DNA of 63,592 nucleotides, the filler included, from Pelomyxa schiedti (Eukaryota; Protista; Evosea): assembly GCA_020536535.1 (NCBI GenBank). It is 6 parts of 6 records of this genome, joined end to end, with 100 filler letters (N's around TTAATTAATTAA, not from the genome) between each part and the next. Parts side by side here need not be neighbours in the genome. Positions count along the whole stretch, not along the records: positions 10,251 to 36,098 come from JAHLWZ010001043.1; 5 more parts are not named here. One strand, 5' to 3'. The translations under genes were made by a program, and so were the position numbers. Positions within the stretch are counted from its first letter, which is position 1; every line of letters begins with the position of its first letter. The notes beneath the pieces are model-generated. The model was not told the DNA's origin. It did no database searches and saw only the letters and a list, made by a program, of their open reading frames with translations. Positions 12,466 through 23,525 of this stretch are shown piece after piece.

Positions 12466-15175
12466 TCAGAATTTGAAATTGACTCCAGTTGTGTCCTTGT
12501 GTGCTCGTGGTTTTGCTTGCGTTGTCTGTGATTGCAGTTGCATTTGCGGTGGTTGTGACTGTAATTGTGATTGTGATTGTGTATGTTGGCGGGAGGGATA
12601 GCCGGCAGTGCGAGGCTTTTTAGGGGGCTCTGGGGGGCTGTGTGTTGTGTCATTGTGGGAGGGTGGGTGTTTGCGGAGCATAGACTCGTCAATTCTTAGG
12701 TCAACTTCGGCCAAGTCTTCAGGTTGAAGTGCCACAATGGTGGATTCTTTGCGCTCGCGCTTCCGCAGCTGTGCTACATCCCATTTGGGAATGTTGTAGG
12801 TGTGCGATTGTGGGATTATCTGCGTGGTTGACAATGGACTGCTTTGCCTTGCCTCTTCAACGACTTGGAAGAATGATTCCGTCTCCACTGCATTACTACA
12901 CACAGTTCAGTCAAAACTTTAATTCGGTCCAAGTGTATTACCTTTCATAGGTGCTTGAATCCGGGGGGCTGGGAGGTGTAACTGATGGTTCTGCTGGCTC
13001 TGCTTTTTGTGAAATGAATTTCAACTGTTGAGACGGTTTTTTCTCAAGGTAAGTGTACCTGAGGAAGTTGACTGTGCAATCTTACTTTGTAGTTCTTCAA
13101 TAAATTCCCGTTTTTCTTCTTCAATAAAGTCCTCCCCCCAATGGCGCACACGAGTGAAATTATAGTATTCCTTGCTATCGGCTATTGTAGAAGATTGGAT
13201 TCCAAAAATATCCCCATAAAGGGGTCTTCCAAACTTGATCCAGTCATTAGAAAAATGAAGGGTAAAAGGGAAACTCCACACTTCATCGACTGGAGGAATT
13301 CCCCAGGAGCCTGGTTGATTGCCCCACGATTGACCATCAGGAATAGGCATATTAACACCAGGAATCTTTATTTTCGGATAGGACGGTGGAGGTCCAAAGC
13401 GTTGCTGCCTGGAGAGCCATGGGGGAGGATAGGGGAATGATGTATCAGATGGTATGCCAAGAGCAGATCTAAGAGTGGAAGATAGTTTTCCGGGCCGGAG
13501 AGATTTGAGGGCTTGGAACTTGTCTTTACCTGAAAAAGAAAAAAATTCAGTTGGGACAGTCAATTACCAAGAGCAAGGGAGGTACCCTCATAAAAAACTT
13601 CGCCATGAATGGTGAGATGGGGTTTTTCTTGGTACTTGAAAAATGCATCATAAAGTGTCTGGTAGTCAAGATCCATAAATCCAGAAACCTTCTTGTGTGC
13701 GTGCAATTTTGGTTGTTTACTTCTGTTATGCGCTCTTAGTGCCTTTCTTGCAGTTTGAACACCAGTGCGTGCAATGAAATCTGGGAATAATTGGCGCCTC
13801 AAGCTTAATGGGAGAGTGGAAACTACCAGGAAGAGTGAATGGTGGCTTTTCTAATCTTGCAAGATATTTCCTTCTCTTGCCATGGCACCTGTTTCCCCTT
13901 ACAAATGTGGAGAAATAAAGGAGATAAACCAGTGGAGCGGGACTGGAACGGAGTTACGGCAAGATTTGAGATATGTTAGAAATACAGGGTCTTTTGCATC
14001 CACATCGTGAATCTGTTGGTGGTGCAAAAAGTGCTTTAAATAAAGTATCTGAGGTATGTAAAAGAATACACCAACAGGAGTAAACAAAATAATGTGTGAA
14101 ACAAATGGGATACAGATGAGTTCAAGTTGGACTATGATTTGCACAGGTGGAAAAGTTTACACCGATGTTAATTGGGACTCCTTTTTCATAAGGGAAAAAA
14201 GAAGTCCATTTGGATACAACACGTCCAATAATATTTGGTAAGGTATTAATTTGCTGCACACATCGACAATTTCTGGCCTTCGGGCAAGTTTCCTCAGATA
14301 TTCTAAACAAAACGTTCTTTGTTCTTGGGCATTCTTTTTTGGGAGTTTCTTTATATCTGGTTGTTTTTGGTAAAGCGACCTTTAGTCTTGAGGTCAAAAG
14401 TGGAAGGTATACCTTTATGCTAAAGAAAACAAATGTGAGAATTTGGTTATCATTTGGATTGTGGTACCTTCGGAAGTCGGGTTAAAGGTAGTTTCTCTTG
14501 TTCGGTGACATCATCAATCTCGTCAAGCACTGTTTTACTTTCGTTTGTTGTGTCATATTCAGTAACTTTGGGCTCTGTAGGACAGCTTTCATCGAGTAAC
14601 TTCAGCACCGGCTTCGGTTTAGCTTTCTCACTCTCCTCGGTGGTCTGGACAGTACCACCAGCAGATTGAATTGGACCCCCAGCCAGTTTCGCGAAAATCC
14701 GCATAAATTCGGTCCTTGTTTCCTCATTTGCGCCGTTCAGCTCCTCTGGTGGTTGTGCAACAAATTCCACTTCTTCCCTAGCCACATTCTGCGCCGTCGT
14801 AGATGATTTCTCTGGCGCCGAGGAGGTAACTGTCCCTGATTTGGTCGCCGCGGAATTAGTCTCATGTTTTGTCACTAATGCGTCGTTGGTTGTCAGCTTG
14901 GGTGGTTCCGGCGAAAGTGTGCTCCCATTATTGGCGTTTGTGCTGCTGATACTTGTGCTTTGTTGTTGTGGCTGCTTCGTCGCCCTCAATTTCTTCATGC
15001 TCTGCCTCTTGTTTTTCTTCATCACTTTTTTTTTCCTCCTCCTGCGGTCGTCGGCCTTGGGAGTCCTTGTTGTGGATTTTGGTGCGATGGTGCCACCCAT
15101 AATTGCAGTGCCCCGTGTTGTGGCCAAGCCAACCGGGTCCTCGTCACCGCTGCGCGTCGCAACTGTCGTGGTCAT
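12466..15175 (-). CDS. SF3B2: Splicing factor 3B subunit 2 (SAP145/Cus1)
   Basis: HDVDAKDPVFLTYLKSCRNSVPVPLHW, DLDYQTLYDAFFKYQEKPHLTIHGEVFYEG, RPGKLSSTLRSALG, PPPWLSRQQRFGPPPSYPKIKIPG, WGIPPVDE, GRPLYGDIFG. C-terminal ...NFKF*. Confidence 0.93.
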
Positions 15176-15251
15176 CACCGCCAATTCGGAGAAGAAAGGC
15201 CAATTGATGGAGAACAAAGATCCCAGAACCCAAAATAAAGGGTAACCACCC

Positions 15252-16229
15252 ATGGGCGAACCGACGGTGCGCTATGTGCTCCACAACTTGGATAATTATG
15301 CAATGTCGGTGGCGGCCAACAAAATCAGGGACCGCCACACAACCGTTACCAACCACCAGTCCCACTCCGACTCGGAGGGCGAGTGCTGCCCCACAATCGA
15401 CCCAGCCGCCGCAACCCCGCCACCGTCCACTCCGTCCTCCTCCTCCTCGACACCCAGCGGGGGCACCTTCGGCGTCGTCGTGTGGAACGGCATGTGCGCC
15501 AACGTCGCCGAGTCGTCGCTCTCGTACCTGGTGCACCACTGCGCGCCCGCGCTGGCGTCGCTCACGTACTTCCCGGGGCGCACCAAGGGCGGCATGATGC
15601 TGCGCCCGCGCTACCACCTGGGGCAGCGCACGGGCCGCGTGCAGTTCGGCGCCCTCACGGCCCTCGCGATGCGCGCGGGGCTCGGGACCCCGCGGCAGTG
15701 GGGCTGGGTCTGCCCCGCCCTGCGCCGCCTGGTGCTCGTCCGGCCCCCCCCGCGCAACCCCGGCGGCGGCGGCGGCCGGGCCTACGGCGCCGAGTACTTC
15801 GACGAGGCGGTCGAGGACGCCGGCTTCCGCGCCAAGATCCTGCAGGACTCCCCCGCCCTCCGGTCCATCGAGCTGGCCGAGGCCCTGGACTGGGACGCCG
15901 GCACCTACGACGGCGACGGCCTCGAGGCGTACGCCCCGCCGTCGGACAGCAGCAGCAGCGGAGGCGGCGACGAAGGCGGCCGGGGAGGGGCCCAGGCGGC
16001 GACGATCACGTTCGGGAAGCCGCTGCCGCCGCGCCTGTGGAATGTGGTGGCTGTGATGTACGCGCCGTATTCGGCTGGGTGGGAGAGGATCAGGCTGGTG
16101 CTACTGGTCCAGAGAGGAAAAGAAAGCCCCGCCGAGTGCGCCTTGTGCCAACTTCGCGGATCTATTCTGGATATGATACTTGGCTACCTTTTCAGAGGAT
16201 GGGTGGTGGTTCGTGAAGAAAGAAGTTGA
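15252..16229 (+). CDS. Hypothetical intronless GC-rich protein (possible LRR-like core, F-box-like helix near C-terminus)
   Basis: 325-aa ORF with strong GC3 bias. Segments CPALRRLVL and SPALRSIEL resemble LRR units. Ends with CALCQLRGSILDMILGYLF. Confidence 0.72.
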   Translation: MGEPTVRYVLHNLDNYAMSVAANKIRDRHTTVTNHQSHSDSEGECCPTIDPAAATPPPSTPSSSSSTPSGGTFGVVVWNGMCANVAESSLSYLVHHCAPALASLTYFPGRTKGGMMLRPRYHLGQRTGRVQFGALTALAMRAGLGTPRQWGWVCPALRRLVLVRPPPRNPGGGGGRAYGAEYFDEAVEDAGFRAKILQDSPALRSIELAEALDWDAGTYDGDGLEAYAPPSDSSSSGGGDEGGRGGAQAATITFGKPLPPRLWNVVAVMYAPYSAGWERIRLVLLVQRGKESPAECALCQLRGSILDMILGYLFRGWVVVREERS

Positions 16230-16342
16230 GCACAGGGGTGGATTCCTCACGTTTATGGCCGTAACTTTGTATTTTGAATAGGACAGAATAGAATGCAATG
16301 CATTTTTAGTAATTACAAAGATGGGATCTTTTTTTTTTGTTT

Positions 16343-17927
16343 TTAGAGGTTGAGGTCCACAGGCTCTATAACTGTATAGAATAAAGGCATATTGATGAGG
16401 AAGACCAGGACTGCACCAATGAGACCACCCACCTGCAGACCCAGTCTACAAAGAATTAGTTGTAATGCAAGGTTGAAGTGAATGTAACATAAAACACCTT
16501 AACTTGGGGAAGTTTTCCAATTTCGTTTGATTGGGGCGAAGGAAGATGAAACAGCCAACAAAAAATCCAGTTAGTAGTCCACCCAAATGAGCACTTTTTG
16601 CCAGTAAGGAATTGTAAGTTATATGGTTTTCTAGAAAACACACCTAAAGTCTATGTAGGGAGCAAAAGAAATAAGTAGAGTAAAGACTATGAAGAAGCCG
16701 ATTTGTATTAACTCTAGTTTTCTTGTGGCATCACGTGGAGAACCAACCTCAGAAATACTTAGAACAGTGGTGGACAGAAAACGTGGGCGATACAAACAGA
16801 ATTTCCACTAGATATGCCCCCATTATCCCCATCAAAGCACCAGAAGCTCCAACACTGCACGATTTATGAAAAGCTACAAGTAAGAGAGGATACCTGACTG
16901 AATTAGGATTAAGCATGCAACTAAACACGGTTGCACCTAATCCACTTACAATGTATATAAAGGAAAAATGGAACACTCCCCAGCGTTTCTCTGTGAAGCA
17001 GTGAGAATTTCTAGTGGTTTATTTCAGTCTCCAGGTGTGTTTGCTGTCATAGGCACCTAACAATACACAAAGCTTGAACTCGGAGTATAAATTCCCCAAT
17101 AAATGAAAAATCCCGGCATGCAAAAATACTGGAGTGATAAATCGAAACACTTGGTACTTGTAATGGTGAGGGCCTTGGTAGAGAAGTTAATGATACCTCA
17201 TATCTCATGGCCCACGCGTATTTAGCACCCAGCTTAACAAGTGACTCAGCTGGGGGGCCTAGTTGTGGATTGTTTTTCACAGAGGCAAAGCCATCCAAAG
17301 ACAAGGAAACAATGAACAGTACTAACTATTGGGTGATGAGGAGAGAAATTAGAGCCTAAAAAGTACCTGAATAAATATGAGCCAGGCCGTGACTCGTTTC
17401 AAATAGTTTATCCATTCGGCCTTTACTCATGTTTATACTCAACCCAGAGAGGGATAAAATTTAGGCTCACCCTTCTAGGCTGGGAGCATGGTCCACCAAT
17501 GCAACAAGGACAACATGTAACAAGTGCTATATCTGAAAGCAAACTTTTCTTGTTTGATATATCAATAGTAGTCGTGCTCATCGAACCTTTCAGAGTCAAT
17601 TTAATCCTATATATATCTGTCTAAAAATAACGCACAATCCCTCAGGCCCTAATTTAATATGTATTCACTCACGTCTTACATCTACGAAATGATTCTTCCA
17701 CGACATAATGCACACACACCATCAACAGCAGCGAACGACAATTGCAACTGCTGAGGTGACACACTTCCCCCGTCGCCACCCCCGAATTCCAAATCTGCCC
17801 CCGCTCCAGTCCTCGACCCTGAAACGCTATGGCCTGATCCCCCCCAAGCGTCGGGGAAAGGCACCCCACTGCGCCCCGCGTCGTCCCCGCCGCCGCCAAT
17901 GTCGCTGAGAGTGTGGACGTTACTCAT
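16343..17927 (-). CDS. Rhomboid intramembrane serine protease (secretase type)
   Basis: NPQLGPPAESLVKLGAK, TPVFLHAGIFH, IYIVSGLGA, SVGASGALMG (catalytic Ser) and AHLGGLLTG (catalytic His). Cys-rich juxtamembrane TCCPCCIGGPC. Confidence 0.9.
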
Positions 17928-18054
17928 CACGCGTTGATGGTTTTTTTTTGTGGTTCAGCGAGCTGGAGATCGGAAGATTGGGTGCTGCCTGATTGGGGAG
18001 GTGTCGATGCTCCTCAAGGGACACGCAACGCACACCCGAGAGAGTGGTGCAGCC

Positions 18055-21000
18055 ATGAGCAACAGCGACGCCACGAGCAACGAGGTAGGCGAGGGTGCGC
18101 TGGTTGCACAACAGCCAGGGGACGGTGCTGAGGCAGAGGGAAAAAACGAGGCGGAGCCCGTCGGCGAGGGGGGAGAGAACTCGGAGGATACCAGCAGCGA
18201 GGACGAGGATGAAGATGAGGACGAGGACGAGGACGAGGGGCCAGCGAGTCGCGAGGGAGCCGCTGCGGCCACCGTGCCACAAGAACGAGGAGGAGCCGTG
18301 GCAGCAGAGGAACCAGGCGGAAGGAGCGGGGACAGTAGCGCCAGCACCAGCGTTAACACCACAACAACAACAAACAGCAGCAGCAGTCCTACGACGACGC
18401 AAGGGGAAGCAGGGAGTGTTAATAAGGGGGAAGAGAAGGACGACGAGAAGACGGAAGAGAGGGAGGAGGGGGGGCCGCAGGGGAGGAAGGAAGCTGGTGT
18501 GGGGGCGTCTGCTGGTGGCGAGGTTGCTGCAGTAGTATCCCACGTCAGGAGCATACCGCCGCAAAGGCCTCCGCCACCTCCCCCGCCTGCGAAATTGAAG
18601 TCCAGTATGAATGTTTGGGTTTTGGTCTTTCCATTTTTCTTGTTTCCTGTTTTTTTTTTTTTTTTTTTCTCACTCATTGATGCATTGCGGGGATACAGGT
18701 GCTTCTGACTCGTGCCTGCTCCCTCGTGAGTCGAAGCTTCCCTCTGTACACTCACCCTTAATTACCCCTGCTTCTGTTCCCTCATCAAGTATTACTACGA
18801 CACCTACAACCGTTGGAGAGGAGTCTGAACCCTCTGCTGTGCCACCACCTGCCCCTCCACCTCCGCCTCAGAGAGTCAACAGATCAAGCTCTCTTTCAGT
18901 TCTCAAGACTAACCCAAATTTTGATGATTCAGACCAAACTGAACAGGGTGGTGACCACTTCGTACTTCAGGCTCTTTCAAGGCAACCTTCATACATGATG
19001 CAATCTCAGATGGGAGTAATTATACCTGGAAACGATGGCAGACGGCAGCGTGTTGTGAAAGAACTGTACCTCACAGAAAAGACATATCTGGAGGGTGTAG
19101 AAGTTATCATCTCGGTACAACCCCATTGCAGTGATTTGCATAATAAGCTGCTAGGAATTTTTAGTTCCAATCACGGAATCTGAAGATGAAATTATGAAAC
19201 CTGCCACAAGGGATATTGTTTTCCAGAATATTCTGGAAATAAAAACTCTTGCAGTGAGGCTTGTTGCTGCACTAGGTGAATTCGATCAATCCTGGACTCC
19301 TGACTCTCTCTTATCAGAGGTTCTCACTCCCTTTGTATGACTGTCTCCATTAATTGTGGCAAACCACTTAACTTTTTCGAGGTTGCTCCATTATCACAAG
19401 TTTATTCACCATACATTCAAAATTATGACAAAGCGGTTAGAACTGTTTATTCACTCCTGGAGAAATCTAAGTTCGCGGCATTTATTGAGGTTAGGTATCT
19501 TCCCCTGGTGATCTATTTTTACACTCTTCAGAGTGCTCGGCAGAGTCCGGCATGTGAGTCTAAAGATTTATGTAGCTTCTTGATAACCCCTATTCAGGTC
19601 TTTCCTTATTCCAATTCTCCAATTACCAAATGCCCACCAACCTAACTAGAGAATTCCTCGATACACCCTTCTCTTGAAGGTAACAAACACACTTCTGATC
19701 TCGAGTGTCACCTTAGAGCCTTAGGAATACATAAAATTCTCCAGTTTTACTCATCCAGACTATGAGCCAATACAAAAAGTGTGTGAAGATATTGAGAAGC
19801 TCACACAAGTAAATACCAGGCTTCGACTGTTTTTTTTGTAAAGGTAAATGAAGGCTGTGAATAAAAGCATGAAGCAAGAGCAGAATAGACTGAAACTCAC
19901 AGAAATTGAAAAGTCTTTTGTGAAACTACCTGCAGAAGTAAAGGCTGCTTTATTGGGTGAACACATGTTCATCCGAGAAGGATATTTATTCAAAGAATGC
20001 AGAAAATCAGATAAAAAAAGGTTTTGATGTAAAAAATACATTTCATGAAAAAGCTCAGATTGAAGACAGATATTTCTGGCTATTCTCTGACTGTATTATG
20101 TATGGCACCCCTGTAGCTGAGACCACAGGATATCAGATGTTCCTGTACCATAGAACTATCCCCGTTGTTTCTAGGGATAAAGAAAAAATACGGATAGCAG
20201 GAGGAGCAGACACCCGTAAGTTTTTTCTTTCCTCTGAGTGGTCTGGTAACGGACTGGAAATTCTTTCAGCTCATAGGTGTCCGTTTTCTATTATAACAAA
20301 AGACAAGTCCTTTACTGTTTTTACTGAAGAACCAATGGACAAAGAAGGTCTCCAAGTTACAGTATTCCATTTCACACTCAAGCAAATTAGGATGGCTAAT
20401 GGACCTAAACGAAGTAATTTCGGGAACAAGAGATTTCAGTAATTGTCCTTTATCTATATTTGCTGCTGATGCTTAGCAAGCTGCTCCAAGGCCAACATTT
20501 TCTCATACTGGAGTAAAAGCAAATGAAGCCCCTGTATGGCTACAAGATAAGAAGTCACTTATTTGCATGATTTGTGCCCAGCGCTTCACTGTCATAAAAC
20601 GTCGCGTATTTCCATCTCAATATATCCAAATACCAATAACAGTACACGGTGACAGCACCATTGCAGAAATTGTGGGAAAATCATGTGTGGGAAGTGCTGC
20701 CACTTAAAGCGGGTTCTTCCTTTCCAGGGGGACAAGCCTGTGCGAGTTTGCACTTTCTGTGATGGATTACTTAAACTGCGAGTAAGACTTACTGGTTTCC
20801 ATGTGTATTTCTGATGTTTTATTCTGATTTAGGAAGAGCAGAGCATTAAAAACAGAAATAGCAGGCGACTTACTCAACAATGTAAAGTTGGCACGGACAA
20901 TAATGACCAAAACGTTTCACCACAAGCAGTTGTAGCTGCGCCATCTACACCTCCTCCTACTACACCCAATAGCTCTACTCAAGAACAGAGTTCTTCTCCT

Positions 21001-22257
21001 CAAACAACTAGTGCAACCAAACCGCCGAAGCCACCTCTACCACCACCCCGGCAATCCAGACCAAACACCAATTCCACTCCGACTCACAGTGTAGAGCCAA
21101 AGTACCTTGTTCTCTCTTCTGCAGGTACTGCAATGCTTGTTATTTTCTGTCACGACATCAACTTGGAGTCCGTCAAACTCTCTCCTTGTGTGTGCGTGGG
21201 CGGGAGCAGTGGTATTGCAGTAGAAGGCACAACCATGCCTCTGGATTACGCTGCACTCAGCAGCCCCTCCTCCACTGGCATTTCTAACATTAACCTCACT
21301 GTTTTTGCTGGCAATGCACCCCATCAGTCAGTTTCATTTAAAATCATAGCCCCTCTCCCGTTCAATTGTGATTTCCTTAAAGCTCAGATTGTATTACACA
21401 ATGGCCGATTAGTAGTGGAAGTTCCCCGACTGCAGAAATTGTCCATGAAGCTGCAATCAGAAACACTGGAAGAACTGCACAAACAAATAGCTGATGCATC
21501 TAGCCCCTCGACGCCACCCTCCACACCCCCAACTACCTCTCTTCCATCACCGCAGGTCGCACCCTTGCACTCCCCCTCTCTTCGGCCTGCCCGCACTCCT
21601 CCTCTTGGCGAGCTCTCCCCCCAAAGCACACAGACATGCTCAAGTAGCCCTGAGACGGCTCCTTCAACTTCCCCCCAAGTCTCCACCCCACCGCTTCAAG
21701 CGCTCTCGCCTCCACCACCTTCCACTCTCCTTCTCCAGCAACAACAACCCTTGCTGCATTCCCAGTGGACCTCTTCCATAATCCACCGGATTCTTCCCGG
21801 AAGTTCCGGGAGTTCCACCCAACCACACGGGATCCCAAAACAACTCAACACCTCCTCCTCCACCCAATCATCCTCATCACAATCACCAGCACCCCCTACA
21901 ACAGCCACACAGCAACCATCATCATCATCCAGTGCGTCATCACTAACATCATCATCCAGCAAGACTGACAACAAAGTACCACCCCAGCAGGGTGGTGGGG
22001 TGCTTAGCACCAGCAGCAGCTTCCAGAAAGTAGTCAGACTACTCCCTCACAGAAACAATTCAACATCACCACAAATTTCCTCAGCAGCAGGTTTGGTTTA
22101 TTCATTTCTCCTCTCTCCCTCTTTTCTTGTCTATCTCTTCATCTGTTTCTATCTAAAGTCAAACCCATAATTTACACAACACGCAGGACCACATAAAGGG
22201 ACCAGTACCAGCACCACCACAACAGCAAAGACACCACCCACGGCAAAAAGAGACTGA
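18055..22257 (+). CDS. FGD/frabin-like Rho GEF: DH-PH-FYVE plus an alpha-crystallin-like segment and Ser/Pro-rich tail
   Basis: DH: RQRVVKELYLTEKTYLEG, DLCSFLITPIQ-RIPRY. PH: YFWLFSDCIMYG. FYVE: WLQDKKSLICMIC...RRHHCRNCGKIMCGKC...VRVCTFC. The frame from 20833 continues into ORF 21133-22170. Confidence 0.9.
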
Positions 22258-22387
22258 TCAGATTTTACGTTTTTTAAAAATGTCGACAATTACTTATTTG
22301 TAAGGTTACAGCCGTTCAAATTCATTTTTTTCCGATTCGAACAGTGACATTTTTGTTTGTTTGGGGTTACAACTGATACTTATCACA

Positions 22388-23330
22388 ATGATGGGGTTGG
22401 TTTGGTTGTTGTTGGGCGTTGTGTACATCGTGGCTGCTGCCCGACGGCTACGACGGAAGTCTTTTGGGTTGTTTGTTGCTTCCGTTATCATTTTTACTTG
22501 GAATTCTACTCCCCAAGACCAGAACTTATTGAATGTTTCACCTATAGACTGGGGGCGCACCTCTTTGCACTGATTGTGCTGATCTGGAGAAGACATCCTC
22601 CTTTGCCTGCAATTACAACAACAGGTTCCACCAATTTCCATTCTTCTTTTTCTGATCATGTTATATGTGCACCAATAAGGGGGGAATGGGATGACGGCAG
22701 AAAGTATTTCATGGATCCGACACCAGTTGGATCAACAGTCACAGGGATATCAGTGTCTTTGTCTGGAGTATACAATTGCGATGTGTACGGTGACCAACTG
22801 ATAGTTGAATGACACTGCCTCTACTTTTTTACCACTTAGTGTTATTCACAGTTGTATGTTGAAGTTCAAGGCGGTTCATTGGGACAGGTGGGCGTTGGTT
22901 ATCAAACCTCTTGTCTATGTGGGAACTGCGTTTCTGAGGTCCCTTGTCCTTCCTAAAATAAATATAACTGTTAATCAGGTTACTGTGTCGAAAACATGGA
23001 TTGATTGGCCAAGTTACAATTACTCTGGTCTAAACCAGTTGGAAGTATTTTCCTTTTCCTTCCTCCGAACTAGTATTCAGAAAAGAACAGGTTATCCCAG
23101 TGTCGAATACACTGTGCCTATCATCTGCCAGCATTACAGTGTACTACACCACAACAGATACTAGTTGTACCGGTTCTTACTCCTGTGGATCCTCGCTGCA
23201 ATCTTGTCTACAGACTACTGACCAATGCGACTGCTATGCCAAATACGGCTCTTGTCTCTCGGAATATTCCGACTGTGCTCCATGCAGCAACATTTTCACA
23301 ACTGTAATCCCAACCAACTTCTTCCCATAA
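22388..23330 (+). CDS. Hypothetical secreted Cys-rich protein
   Basis: Signal-like MMGLVWLLLGVVYIVAAA. Several short exons with GT-AG borders. Terminal exon CTGSYSCGSSLQSCLQTTDQCDCYAKYGSCLSEYSDCAPC. Confidence 0.6.
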
Positions 23331-23525
23331 TGATTTACCGCCACTAACTTCTCTCCCCACACAAAAACACAGATGTGCTCTGTGTCGTGCCCGTCTGAGT
23401 ACTGCGTCTTCTGAGCCTCCATTCGCCGTTAAAAATAGAACTCAAAAAAATAATTTCCCTGCAGTGTCTGTCGTACCGGTTTCTTCTTGATCCTTTTTTG
23501 TTATTTAAAAAAAAAAAAAGGAAAA

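Noticed and set aside
15144-16216. Multiple long overlapping ORFs on both strands
   Set aside because: Very high GC makes stop codons rare. Only the 15252 frame shows GC3 bias and protein-like composition.
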